The position numbers and the translations under genes were made by a program. From a virus (Duplodnaviria; Caudoviricetes), in IMG/VR virus record IMGVR_UViG_3300021255_000054: a stretch of 64,000 nt of DNA, one strand, 5' to 3'. This document shows, in pieces, positions 18,698 through 30,011 of this stretch; within the stretch, counting starts at the first letter, position 1, and each line of letters opens with the position of its first letter. The notes below the pieces were generated by a model that saw only the letters and a list, made by a program, of their open reading frames with translations, made no database searches and was not told the origin of the DNA.

Positions 18698-19561
18698 ATG
18701 CACGATATTTTTTATTTTACAGACATTCATGGCTGCTATGATTTATATAAAGCAATTATGGATTACTGTTATAAACAAGATCCAGAAGCAACTATTATTT
18801 ATGGCGGCGATGCCTGTGATCGTGGCCCAGATGGATATAAGATCATGAATGAACTTTTAGATAACCCAAAAGTTATTTATCTAAAAGGTAATCATGAAGA
18901 TATGTTTGTTAAAGCTGCGCGCTTTATTATTAATTACTATAAAGATGAATTAACTGAAGAAAAAGTAAAAGCATATTTATATAGTTGTTCTCTAAAAGAT
19001 TTCGCCGCATCCCAAGTACAGCTTTCAATTATAAATGGCGGGAAAAAGACGCTTATGGATTGGATGCTTGCAGGTATGTCCAATGAGTTTGTCTCTCGCA
19101 TTAATAATTTAAATGCAGCATTATCTTATGAGAATATTGATTTCTGCCACGCAGGTGGTGATCCGCGAGTATTTAAACGTGTATCTGACGATGAATATGA
19201 AGGTGAATTTATTGATAAAGATGATTTAACCCATATTTTATGGGATAGAAATTATTTAACTGAAGGATGGACAACTGGTAGAATCTGCGTTTATGGTCAT
19301 ACTCCAGTATGGCATCTAGCCGCGAAATATTATGGAAAAGATAAGGCTGAAGAACACGCGCGTCCTTGCGCTTATGTTGGTCTTCTTGATGACAGATTTA
19401 CTGGTAAAAAAATCAATATGGATTGTGGTACATTTTGGAGCGGGCGCGCGTATGTTTTAAATGTGCTAACAATGAAGGCACAAGGATTTAAAGATACTAA
19501 TTTAAATGATAATGAAATTAGAGAGCATAATATAGAAAAAATTGAAATGATTCAGATGTAA
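18698..19561 (+). CDS. Ser/Thr protein phosphatase-like metallophosphoesterase
   Basis: TDIHG, GDACDRG, GNHE, HAG, GHTP, DCG. Confidence 0.9.
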   Translation: MHDIFYFTDIHGCYDLYKAIMDYCYKQDPEATIIYGGDACDRGPDGYKIMNELLDNPKVIYLKGNHEDMFVKAARFIINYYKDELTEEKVKAYLYSCSLKDFAASQVQLSIINGGKKTLMDWMLAGMSNEFVSRINNLNAALSYENIDFCHAGGDPRVFKRVSDDEYEGEFIDKDDLTHILWDRNYLTEGWTTGRICVYGHTPVWHLAAKYYGKDKAEEHARPCAYVGLLDDRFTGKKINMDCGTFWSGRAYVLNVLTMKAQGFKDTNLNDNEIREHNIEKIEMIQM

Positions 19562-19631
19562 TAGAATTACATATTTTTATGGGGAAGAGCCATTCTAAGG
19601 AATGGCTTATTTTATTGGAGGTGATATAATA

Positions 19632-21746
19632 ATGAAACCTGGAGCATTATTTTCATGGAAAGGTTTGGTGCCAGATTCGATTTATGGCGGTTCAATGGCG
19701 CATTATATTTATTTTACCTCTTTATTAAGTAAAGGGCCTGAAGGCACAAATATTGCATCTAATGCTTATAATTATTTATATAGTAATACCGTATTAGCTT
19801 CTACAAAATATGATCCACATACAGTAATACAAAATCATTCAAGTATTACTATAGATACTGTATTTACATTCTTAGATCAAATTATAGCTAATGAACAAAG
19901 CAAAGAAATGGCATTTTTACAATGGATGGCTTCAAAAAAAAATGAAGGTTTAGATGTTACTTTGCCAGATCTCTATTCTAATTGGAGTGATTTTATTAAA
20001 GAATTTAATAAAAATGTATAGGATGGTCAAGATGCTATATAGCGTCTTGAAATAGAACGTAAAAGATTAGAATATAATATTAATACAATGCGGCAAAAAA
20101 ATGAAACTAAATTACTATCAGGAGAATATACCCCCGAAGATTTTGAACAGGCTCAAAAAGGCTATATACGTAGTGCCAACTTAAATACCGCCGCTCAGCT
20201 TTCTAAAGTTGTTGATTTTTTAAGTGGCAATCGTCGTGCAAAAACAGGTGAAAAGGTATTACAATATATTCTTACACGTATTGGTCCACATTTAATTGAT
20301 TGGCAAACCTCTGGTATAACTTTAAATAAACGATAGTTGGCTGGACTCTTAATTGGTGTTTCACACATGATTTTAGATGAATATAATACAATTGTTAATG
20401 AATTAAAATTAAATGATTTAGCAAAAGGACAAAAAAACAATTATGCAGTTACGCGCGATTTAGAGAGTATTTTAGAGGGAAATGAGTATATTAATACATT
20501 ATTTGATAATTTAATTACAACTAATAATTTACCTATGATTGCTAATAAATTTGTTTAGGAGTATGCTGTAGATTTATCTAATACAAATAAAAATGCTAAT
20601 TTTTAGGCAGCGATTAAAAATTATGCTAAAAATACAGAAAAGAAAATGCGAGAAGAAGAAAAAGCTTCTGAATTAGCTAAAGATTTATCTAAATTATATT
20701 CTCGTTAGGTAGCGAATGAACGTTCATTAGAAAAAGCATTTCATGTAACTTAGAATAAAAGCGCACTATCTGAAATAAAAGATGCTATGATTGGCATATT
20801 CAATGGCGCAGTTCATAGTCATAGAGTGGGCCAAGCACAAGGCCGTGCAGACGTAATATTAGGATATTTATCTATTGATCCTAATTTATTAACGTCAGAA
20901 ACAGAACTTAATGCATATGCAACTGCCGCACAAGAAATTTCTGATGCATTAACTGCTTTAGAAGATAAATTTAGTGGTCTAAATACTGTAGAATATTATG
21001 AAAAACAAGAAAAAAATTGGGCAACTGCGATGAAAAAAATTGATAAAGCCATTGCTAAATTTAAAGAAATTTATAATGGCTTAGCAGACTGCTTTGTTAT
21101 AGAAGACTCAACAAAATACTATGATTCCTTTCGAGTAACAAAAAATATTCAAGGAGACATGACTTGGGAGGCATTTCAAGGTGGCAGTCTTGGTAGTAAT
21201 TTAGAATCATAGTTAAGTAAAATTAATGCTTTATATACCGCAGGAGGTTTATCTACTTTTGATACCACATGGCTATTAGATGCATGTATCAACGCTGGTC
21301 CTGGAATGATAGGAGAAGGTAATAAAAATAATCTTGAAAATTATTTTTCCGCAATTGCAGCAATATTACTATTTGATAATTAGTTAGGATTAGCTCGTGA
21401 AATTATTCAAAATATTCCTGCTAGTGGCACTTCTGTAAAACAATTACATGTATTTTCAATTAATGGTGGATATTATCCACTATCATTCTTATTAAAGGCT
21501 ACCAAAGATCATTTAGCAAAAGTATATTAGGCAGCAGATAGCGAATTAAGTAATGGAGCATATGGAGTCCGTGCCACTCTTTCAGGCTTCGCACATCATC
21601 CTCCTAAATTTGATCCTAAATTTAATCCTATGACTCCAGCTAGTTGGCAAGATGTTTATCAAAAAGGTATTTCTTCTACTAAATTGGAAATTACTTTTTT
21701 AGCTGGTTTTTTAGATTTATTAAATGCAATGTTCAATCCTGAATAA
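19632..21746 (+). CDS. 704-aa hypothetical (probably virion/late) protein with 10 in-frame TAG
   Basis: GGAGG RBS; a single frame joins track ORFs 19602, 20088, 20337 and 20787 with no TAA/TGA until 21744. Confidence 0.8.
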
Positions 21747-21784
21747 GGGTTTTAACATATATTCTTTCTAAGGAGGTGATACCA

Positions 21785-22216
21785 ATGGGATGGATTGTTG
21801 ATTTTTTTAAAAACTTTAAAGAACGTTACGAAAATCAAATTATTCGTAACCAAAAAATGGACGAATTCCTTTCGGGCGCAAGAGATAATTGTACAAATAT
21901 AGAACGTATTAGTAATAATATGAATACAATGCAAAAATCTATTGAAAAAATAGATAATAAAGTTAATAAAATTACAGACGATATTGATCATATTAATGGA
22001 CGTTTAGAAGTAATTGGAAAAGGCACCAAAATGGAATTATTTGATACCTTATATAACTGGAAGAAAATTCTAGTAGATGACCGCGGCTGGGCCAGTCCAG
22101 CAGAAAAGAAGGAAATTACCCATATTTATGAAGTCTATCATGATGAATTAGGTGGTAATGGTCAAGGAGAAATATATTATCAATAGATTATGCTGCTACC
22201 TGAGGAAAAGATTTGA
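21785..22216 (+). CDS. holin-associated type protein (1 TAG)
   Basis: coiled coil then YxxYH-x2-LGGNG...LP, typical of Firmicutes phage lysis-region proteins; LP follows the TAG. Confidence 0.55.
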
Positions 22217-22264
22217 CTTTTTAAATAAATTAAATTATAATATAATAAATAGGAGGAAACCGTT

Positions 22265-22780
22265 ATGATAAAAGGCAAAAGAAGTACGGCTCAAATTTCA
22301 ACTTTAGAAATTTATACTGATGGATCTTGTAAAAAATTAGGTAAAAGTACATTCGGCGGCTGGAGCTTCATTGCCTTACGTGGCGGCGAACGCATTTATG
22401 AAGTGTCTGGTAGCGAATATGGTACCACAAATCAGCGTATGGAATTATTGGCGATACGCAATGCCTTAGAGTTCGCGCAAAAGAATAGACACCCTAATGA
22501 ACCTGTTATTATATATAGCGATTCTGCTTATGCTATAAATTGTTTTACACAAGAATGGTACACTACTTGGCAAGATAATGGTTGGGTAAACTCTAAAGGT
22601 AAAGATGTAGCTAATCAAGATTTATGGGTTGAAATTGTGCCTTATTTTGATAATTTCTGGTATAATTTTTCTAAAGTAAAAGGTCATGAAAATGTATATT
22701 GGAATAATGAATGTGATAGATTGGCACAAGAAGAATCACAAACACTAAAAGATAATTTTAGAGGAGAACTAAATGGATAA
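22265..22780 (+). CDS. rnhA: ribonuclease HI
   Basis: YTDGS, TNQRMEL, SDSAY, NQDLW, KVKGH, NNECDRLA. Confidence 0.93.
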   Translation: MIKGKRSTAQISTLEIYTDGSCKKLGKSTFGGWSFIALRGGERIYEVSGSEYGTTNQRMELLAIRNALEFAQKNRHPNEPVIIYSDSAYAINCFTQEWYTTWQDNGWVNSKGKDVANQDLWVEIVPYFDNFWYNFSKVKGHENVYWNNECDRLAQEESQTLKDNFRGELNG

Positions 22781-23099
22781 CATGTTTGAAGTTGAGCGCG
22801 ATGATTATATAGCGTTCATTGGATAGTTAGATAAACAAAAAATGGATTTAGAAGAATATGCTTATAAAGATTGTAATTTCTTAAAAATTATTAGTAAGAA
22901 AACCGGTACACATTTAAGTACACGAGTTATATATCATGGTGAGGATGAAGGGAAAGAGCAATATTTTATTTTTAATTATCCAGATGCTGATGAGCGCATC
23001 GCGCCAAAGCCAGTGTGGCAATTAAAATTAGAATCCAAAGAAGAAGTTCAAACTTTTTTTAATATATTAAATAAAATGTAGGAGAAAAAGAATGAATGA
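22773..23099 (+). CDS. hypothetical protein (2 TAG)
   Basis: GAGGAG RBS; ends at a TGA overlapping the next ATG only with readthrough. Confidence 0.65.
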
Positions 23100-23297
23100 G
23101 ATTTATACAAATGTTAGACAAGATATAAAAGAAGCCGCAGAAGCGGCGTGGGATATCGCTATGCATAAACATAATTTATTAGATGCAGCTGAATTCCTAT
23201 CTACAGTTACAGATTATTATTCTGGAATATGCACTCCCGAAGAAACAGAATTTATTCGTTTCTATTTTAGAATGAAGATGGAGGAAGAAAAAAATAA

Positions 23298-23858
23298 ATG
23301 AATTGTTCATTAGTATTAAGCGGCAAATCTGGTAGCGGAAAAGACCAATTCGCACAGTATATGAAAGAAATATTAGCCGCACATAATAAACGCACCATTA
23401 TTATACATTATGCAGATGTATTAAAATTTTTCTTAAAAGAATTCTATGGCTGGGATGGCCAGAAAGATGCTATTGGTAGATCTTTATTACAGGGTGTTGG
23501 AACTGATCAGGTTCGCGCGCACAATCCAGACTATTGGACTCATGTAGTAGTAGATTTCTTAAAAGCTATTGAAGATTATAGTGACTTTGATGTAGCAATT
23601 ATTCCTGATGGTAGATTTGAAAATGAAGTTAATATTGCCTTATCTACATTAAATAATTGCTATAGTATTAGAATTGAAAGAACTAATGAGAATGGAACTC
23701 CTTGGGTTAATCCTAATCTTACTGAAGATCAATTAAAGCATCCTAGTGAAACTTCTTTAGATGTATTTGGTTGGGATTATATTGTACATAATGATGAAGG
23801 ATTGGAACTTCTTAAAGAAAGCGCCGAGACCGTACTTAAAGATTTGAAACTAATTTAA
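23298..23858 (+). CDS. dNMP kinase
   Basis: SGKSGSGKD, RSLLQ..GT, DGRFENE, HPSET. Confidence 0.85.
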   Translation: MNCSLVLSGKSGSGKDQFAQYMKEILAAHNKRTIIIHYADVLKFFLKEFYGWDGQKDAIGRSLLQGVGTDQVRAHNPDYWTHVVVDFLKAIEDYSDFDVAIIPDGRFENEVNIALSTLNNCYSIRIERTNENGTPWVNPNLTEDQLKHPSETSLDVFGWDYIVHNDEGLELLKESAETVLKDLKLI

Positions 23859-23869
23859 AGGAGAATTAT

Positions 23870-24997
23870 ATGATAGATTATGCTACTTCTGAACCAATGA
23901 AATACTTTGCGCCTTCAGCTACAATGTCTTCTGAGGCAAGGCGTACTAAGCTAGAACAGCTCGCCGCTTCAGGAAATTATTTATTTGGTCTTAAAACCGA
24001 TGGAAATTGGAGCCGAGCTATAATTTCTCCTGAGCAGAAACTGTTACAAACACGTGGCATTTCTAAAACTACAGGGACATATGGTGAAGTACAAGATAAA
24101 GTATTGTTCTTCAATGATATTTGTAATGCTTTTACAGATACTACAGTAATACTTGGAGAAATCTATCTCCCCGGTGCGATAGATAAAGATGTAGGGGCTA
24201 TACTTCGTTGCCTCGTACCCAAAGCGCTATCGCGGCAAAAAGATATTCCTCTACGTTGGCGTATTTTTGATGTGCTTGCACTTGATGGCACAGATTATAT
24301 GAATACTCATTTTGAAGAGCGTATTAAATTAATTCCACAAGTAGTGTCTCGTATTAATTCACCTCTAGTAGAAGGTGTTTCATATTATGAAATGGATGAT
24401 ACTTTCTTTGATAAAATGAGTGATATATTCGCTGCGGGTGGAGAAGGAGCAGTATGCTATCGTAAAGATTCTATTTATATTCCTGGAAAAAGAGGCCCGC
24501 ACGCGTGGGATACAGTAAAAGTAAAACAAGAAATTACTTCTGAAATTGATGCTTTTATTAGTGGTATTGTACCCGGTGAACATATTTATACTGGTAAAGA
24601 TTTAGGTAGCTGGCAGCTATGGGAAAATCAGCGTACCGGAGAATTATTATATGGCTCTTATTTTGGTGAATATCAAACCGGTGGTGCTTATTTACCAATT
24701 ACTAAAAACTATTATAATAATTGGCCTGGCGCGATTCAAGTATCAGTTTATGATAATAATCATAATGAAGTTCCATTATGTAAAGTTGCTGGATTAACAG
24801 ATGAGTTTAAGACTGAATTACGTGATAATCCAACAAGATGGATTGGATGTCCAGTAACCATTGGCGGCATGATGGTATCTTCTGCAAAGGCAGATTCTAA
24901 TGGTAATGGTATTTCTATACGTCATCCATTATTAAAACGTATTAGAGAAAATGATCTATCAAAAGAAGACTGCACTTTAGCAAAAATTTTTGGTTAA
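23870..24997 (+). CDS. ATP-dependent DNA ligase
   Basis: KTDG, GEIY, FDVL, EGAV, KVK, IRHP. Confidence 0.88.
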   Translation: MIDYATSEPMKYFAPSATMSSEARRTKLEQLAASGNYLFGLKTDGNWSRAIISPEQKLLQTRGISKTTGTYGEVQDKVLFFNDICNAFTDTTVILGEIYLPGAIDKDVGAILRCLVPKALSRQKDIPLRWRIFDVLALDGTDYMNTHFEERIKLIPQVVSRINSPLVEGVSYYEMDDTFFDKMSDIFAAGGEGAVCYRKDSIYIPGKRGPHAWDTVKVKQEITSEIDAFISGIVPGEHIYTGKDLGSWQLWENQRTGELLYGSYFGEYQTGGAYLPITKNYYNNWPGAIQVSVYDNNHNEVPLCKVAGLTDEFKTELRDNPTRWIGCPVTIGGMMVSSAKADSNGNGISIRHPLLKRIRENDLSKEDCTLAKIFG

Positions 24998-25028
24998 GCC
25001 CTATGTATATAGGTGCTGAGGAGGATTT

Positions 25029-25634
25029 ATGGAACTAGAAGAACTATTTAGTGGTTTAGATCGTTATGGACTAGACCCGGTAACTTATCAATATTTTCAT
25101 CAACTATTAGAACGGCGCACAGTTCTATTAAATTATGATGTATCTGATGATATAGTTGAGAGAGTATATCTGCCTTTAAAAGAATTTGAAGATGATGATT
25201 CTAATGAGCCAGTTACACTAATTTTAAATAGTAGTGGTGGCTCAGTATCTGATGGATTCTTTTTAGCGCATTATATTTCGCAATATTCTAAGCCACTTAA
25301 TATATTGGTTCCTGGATATGCTTGCTCTATGGCCGCAGTTATATTAGCAGGTGGCGGCAAGAATGAAAATGTAATTAGAAGTTGTTTCCCCTGTTCATAT
25401 GCTCTTATTCATGATGGCTATGTAGCATTAGCAGCTTCAGAATCTAAAACCGCTGCTGACATTATGGCTTTTAATGATAAGGTAGATGAACAAATTAAAG
25501 ACTTTATAGTTAAGAATACCAATATCACAAAAGAAGAATATGACTCCCATATGAGACATCAATGGTTCCTTTATGCTGATGATATGTTAGAAAAAGGATT
25601 AATTGATAGAATCATAGGAGTGACTGAAGAATGA
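25029..25634 (+). CDS. ClpP-like protease
   Basis: NSSGGSV, ACSMAAV, LIHD, GLID. Confidence 0.85.
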   Translation: MELEELFSGLDRYGLDPVTYQYFHQLLERRTVLLNYDVSDDIVERVYLPLKEFEDDDSNEPVTLILNSSGGSVSDGFFLAHYISQYSKPLNILVPGYACSMAAVILAGGGKNENVIRSCFPCSYALIHDGYVALAASESKTAADIMAFNDKVDEQIKDFIVKNTNITKEEYDSHMRHQWFLYADDMLEKGLIDRIIGVTEE

Positions 25635-26860
25635 ATATAACACATTGGGCGGATACTTCCGCAGTTTTACATTGGAAAGGACTAGATGATTGTGATAAGA
25701 TTGGTATTAGCCCTATAACTGTATCTGAGCTTGAACATATTAAAACTTCTAAAGAAGATGATAAAATTAAATTTACTGCGCGAGAAGCTATTCGCGCAAT
25801 TTTAAATACTAGTCATTTTGAGACTATATTAGTAGATAATCATAAGATAGATAAGATGCTTAAAAAATATGAATTTTTAAGCGATATTAATGATCATAGA
25901 ATTTTATGTGCGGCTGAATTAACTGCTATTCAGCAAGGACAAGAAATTATATTTTTAACTTGTGATGCTACTCAATATTTATTTGCATTACAGATGCCGC
26001 ATCTATTAGCCGCATATAGTGGTAATGATTCATTAGATGAAGAAGAATGGGCTGGTTGGGAAAAATATACTCCTTCTGAAGAACAGCTAAATATGTTATA
26101 TACTAGTCCTAATATTAATATATTAGGTTGTAAAACTAATGAATTCGCGCGTATATATGAAGGCAATGAATTAAAAGATATTTTATTCTGGACTGGAAAT
26201 GAATATCGACCATTAAAATATAAAGAAATCCATAATGACTTTCTTGGTAAATCTGTACGTCCATTAAATATTGAACAAAAAATGACTTTTGATTTATTAC
26301 AAAATCCTAATATTCCTGTTAAATTATTGACAGGAGTACCTGGGTCTGGAAAAGATTATTTAATGTTTTTACACGCTTGGGACTTAGTACAACGAGGTAA
26401 GAAAGATAAGATTATTTATATTCGTAATCTAGTACCATTTAAAGATGCACCTGAAATTGGTTTCTTGGAAGGTTCCTTACAAAAGAAAATTGAATGGGGC
26501 CTTGGTCCATTAACTAGTATTTTAGGTGAAGATGGCTTACAGATGGCACAACAGACAGGACAAATTGAAGCCGTTAATTTAGGTTTCATTCGTGGCTGTA
26601 GCTGGGATAATACAATTTTATATGTATCTGAAGGGCAAAATATTACCGGAGGTGGATATAAATTATTAGTAAGTCGTTGTGGTAAAAATAGTGAGCTATG
26701 GATTAACGGTGATACATTACAAACTGATGGTAAGAAGTTTGAAAGTAATAATGGTATTGAAAGATTAAATAAAGCACTAGCAGGAAATAAACTATTTGGT
26801 ACTGTAAAATTATTAAAAACAGAAAGATCTGAAGTAGCTGAGCTAGCAAGTCAGATTTAA
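25631..26860 (+). CDS. phoH: PhoH family ATPase with N-terminal PIN domain
   Basis: DTS..EL..NDHRIL..TCD PIN; GVPGSGKD, IRGCS, EGQN, SRCG, GD..Q. Confidence 0.88.
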   Translation: MNITHWADTSAVLHWKGLDDCDKIGISPITVSELEHIKTSKEDDKIKFTAREAIRAILNTSHFETILVDNHKIDKMLKKYEFLSDINDHRILCAAELTAIQQGQEIIFLTCDATQYLFALQMPHLLAAYSGNDSLDEEEWAGWEKYTPSEEQLNMLYTSPNINILGCKTNEFARIYEGNELKDILFWTGNEYRPLKYKEIHNDFLGKSVRPLNIEQKMTFDLLQNPNIPVKLLTGVPGSGKDYLMFLHAWDLVQRGKKDKIIYIRNLVPFKDAPEIGFLEGSLQKKIEWGLGPLTSILGEDGLQMAQQTGQIEAVNLGFIRGCSWDNTILYVSEGQNITGGGYKLLVSRCGKNSELWINGDTLQTDGKKFESNNGIERLNKALAGNKLFGTVKLLKTERSEVAELASQI

Positions 26861-26877
26861 TTTAAGAGGTGAAATAA

Positions 26878-27975
26878 ATGCATATTATTTCAAAATAGGG
26901 TAATATGGATAATGTATTAACCTATGAACATATTTGCGATACTATTGCTGATATGAATAATATTGAAAAAAAATATATTACTTTGGGCTCTACTTGTATT
27001 GTGCTTTCTGGCTCAGCTAATGCATTAGAAGCTTATATGGCAGATTCAAATAAAGAATGGCATGAATTATTAGTATCCGGTAGTGAAACTGGTGGCAATA
27101 GTGGTATTAATACTGCTGTTTTAAAAACACTTCTCGCGCCAACTCGTGTGTCATCCTTAGAGCCATCTAAATTATTATCTGGAAATATAATAGAAGCTAT
27201 TGGAACTCCAACTTATGTAGAAGATATATCATAGTATGCCAATTATGGACTAACTAATACTGGCTGGTATGTTTTTAGCCGCATTGCCGCGCCAGAAAAT
27301 ACTATTGTTAGTGCTTCTACTACAATTACCGGTGCAGATGGATATATACTTACATCTGGCACTGATCATATTGATATTGCAATTCGTTTTGATGTCGCGG
27401 CAACTTCAAAAACAATAACCATTAATTGGGGTTCTGAAGAAGAAACTTTTATTTTTAAAGCTACTGACTTAGCAATTAATAATTTAGACTACCGCGTTAC
27501 TTTCTATGTATATGATGTAGATGACTACCTAACATGGGAATATGGCCTAACTACTGATACTACTTTTGTCGAAGATAAAACATACTATACACTTTCTGAT
27601 GGCGAGTATATCGCAGCCGAAGTAACTGTAGGTGATGAAGTACCGGAAAATACTTACTATAATCATACTAAAGTAATCTTCTCCGGCCTTACACCAAATA
27701 TTACATATAAATGTAATACAATTATTGACTGCCCAATGGAATTTATTCTGCCTGCCGTTGATAATGATACGCATGGATGCTGGTTTGAAATAAGATGCCG
27801 TCATAATGGCTCTTACAGTATGACCCTAACGCCGCCTGATGACACTGTAAAAATTGCTACTGAACATACTCAAGCCGAAACTAAGGGTCTAAACATGATT
27901 AATTTACATTACACTAATGTTTGCGGCGTTAAACTATGGCGCTTTATGAATACACATTCTACTATTCCAGCATAA
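26878..27975 (+). CDS. putative virion/tail-associated protein (2 TAG)
   Basis: GAGGTG RBS; one frame joins track ORFs 26905 and 27736. Confidence 0.65.
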
Positions 27976-27989
27976 GGAAGTGACAATTA

Positions 27990-28355
27990 ATGACTTGGAC
28001 ATATGAACGACTAAAGGAAGATGGCACTCTTGAATATTTGCCAATTAATGATACAGACGGCTCCATCACTGGAAAAATTATTTTAGGTGTCAAACAATGG
28101 TTTGATGAAAATCCAAATGAATATCGGGCACGTGGATGGATTAAGCATATTACACATACGAATGAAGAAATAAAAGAAATTGTAGGAGACTACAATCCTC
28201 AGACTCAATATATTACTACTACACAAAAAATGATAGATGACTATACAATAGAAGATACATACAATATTGGTACTAAGAGCGAGGAAATGCTATTGTTTGA
28301 GGACATGGCTAATACTCTAGGTATCACTGGCGGCTTTATTGTTGGAGGTATATAA
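27990..28355 (+). CDS. hypothetical protein
   Basis: ORF in the same operon. Confidence 0.65.
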   Translation: MTWTYERLKEDGTLEYLPINDTDGSITGKIILGVKQWFDENPNEYRARGWIKHITHTNEEIKEIVGDYNPQTQYITTTQKMIDDYTIEDTYNIGTKSEEMLLFEDMANTLGITGGFIVGGI

Positions 28356-28356
28356 T

Positions 28357-28527
28357 ATGACACGAGAAATAGATATGATGGCACATATTTAGGCGGAAAA
28401 AGAAAAGGAAATTGACCGCGCACTAAATGTATAGCCTCTTAATTTAAATGCAGAAAGTAACACTTTGGCCGCGGGCAAGCGCTTCACTTTTGATATTATA
28501 GACACTCCCGTAGATCCATTACGATAA
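28357..28527 (+). CDS. small hypothetical protein (2 TAG)
   Basis: GGAGG RBS; fills the gap with readthrough. Confidence 0.5.
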
Positions 28528-28539
28528 GGAGGAATAACT

Positions 28540-29013
28540 ATGTTTAACATTACACCAGTAGTTTCTCCTCATCCATCTGATTGCGGCGCTACTTGTCTAA
28601 AAATGCTATTATCCTACTATAATACTGAAGCTGACTTAACTGCATTAACTAAGGAATGTAATACCACGATAGTTGGGTGCAGCGCAAAAGACTTACTTGT
28701 AGTTGGTCGTAATCATGGTCTTGATATGCAGGCTTATAAAATGGACGCGGCCGAAGTCGTGCGTTAGGACCGTCCGAGTATCGTATGGTGGAAACATAAC
28801 CATTTCGTTATATGCTGCGGTCACGACGTTGAAGACAAAGTAGTAATTATCAACCCTGACCTAGGACAATACCGCATGACTTTTGGCACATTTGAAAGCT
28901 TCTACTCCGATATCGCTATCTTCAATGGCGAACCAGCAGATATTGTAGAATCTACAGATGCATCTTCTGCTGATTACATTGAAGCACTTCAGATGTTGGG
29001 GGTGGGAGTATGA
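28540..29013 (+). CDS. C39-like cysteine peptidase (1 TAG)
   Basis: SDCGATCL before the TAG; WW..NHFV and INPD after it. Confidence 0.8.
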
Positions 29014-29411
29014 CACGAGATGAGCTCATTGCGGCCGTCCGCGCGCGAATCGCACAAATGAATACTATACTTACTACCTTAACAGACGAAACCGCATTAG
29101 AAAGTGCAGTACTTTTCCCAGTATGGCACTAGGGTGAAGCTTATGAAGTTGGTGCACGAATACGTTATAATGATAAATTATATCGTGTAGTACAGGCACA
29201 TACTTCTCAACTAGGATGGGAACCTGATATTACACCTGCTTTATTTACTGAAATAACAATGCCAGGTACTATTGCTGAATGGAAACAGCCAACTGGTGCA
29301 CAAGATGCTTACAATACAGGAGACAGAGTAACATACAATGAGCAGACTTGGGAGTCTACAGTTGATAATAATGTATGGCAACCCGGCGTATATGGCTGGA
29401 TAGCTATCTAA
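29010..29411 (+). CDS. CBM5/12 (ChtBD3-type) carbohydrate-binding protein (1 TAG)
   Basis: W..G..Y..G..IRYN..LY.V.QAHTSQ..WEP and WKQPTGAQDAY..GDRV..N..W repeats. Confidence 0.85.
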
Positions 29412-29417
29412 ATTTAT

Positions 29418-29471
29418 GGGCGCGAAAGCGCCCTCTTTTTTATTTGACTTTTTTTAAATTTGCTGTATAAT
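29418..29471 (+). promoter_or_regulatory. terminator plus sigmaA promoter of the NAD operon
   Basis: GGGCGC-GAAA-GCGCCC and T run, then TTGACT-N16-TATAAT. Confidence 0.75.
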
Positions 29472-29497
29472 TATTATAGAAAAAGGAGGATTAAAAA

Positions 29498-30010
29498 ATG
29501 AAATATCTAATTGTTATTGATGCACAAGAAGATTTTACACGTGGCGCCCTTAGAAATGAGGAAGCAATCGCGGCGATCCCTAATATTCAAAAATTAATTG
29601 AAAAGGCGCGCGCAGAAGGGTTTTACCTTATTGCTACTCAAGACACTCATCATGAAGAAACTTATATGACTAGTCAAGAAGGTAGAAATCTTCCTGTTCC
29701 CCATTGTATTGCAACCACTCCTGGTTGGAAAATTTGTCATGAGCTAACAGATTTCAATTGTTATATTGCCAAGCCAACATTCGGCTATACAAAATGGGAT
29801 AATCGTCTAACTGCTCCAGAGGAAATTTGGCTTTGTGGTTTTTGTACTGATATTTGTGTATCTGCAAATTTTCAGATATTAAAGGCACAGTTTCCTGAAG
29901 TCCCAATTAAAGTATTCGCAGATTGCTGCGCTGGAGTAACACCAGAATTACATGAAGCCGCGCTAAAAGTAATGCAGTCTTGTCAAGCAACGATTGTGAA
30001 AGGAGTATAA
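29498..30010 (+). CDS. pncA: nicotinamidase / isochorismatase family
   Basis: IDAQEDF, TQDTH, PHC, KPTFG, GFCTDICV; adjacent to pncB. Confidence 0.88.
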   Translation: MKYLIVIDAQEDFTRGALRNEEAIAAIPNIQKLIEKARAEGFYLIATQDTHHEETYMTSQEGRNLPVPHCIATTPGWKICHELTDFNCYIAKPTFGYTKWDNRLTAPEEIWLCGFCTDICVSANFQILKAQFPEVPIKVFADCCAGVTPELHEAALKVMQSCQATIVKGV

Positions 30011-30011
30011 A

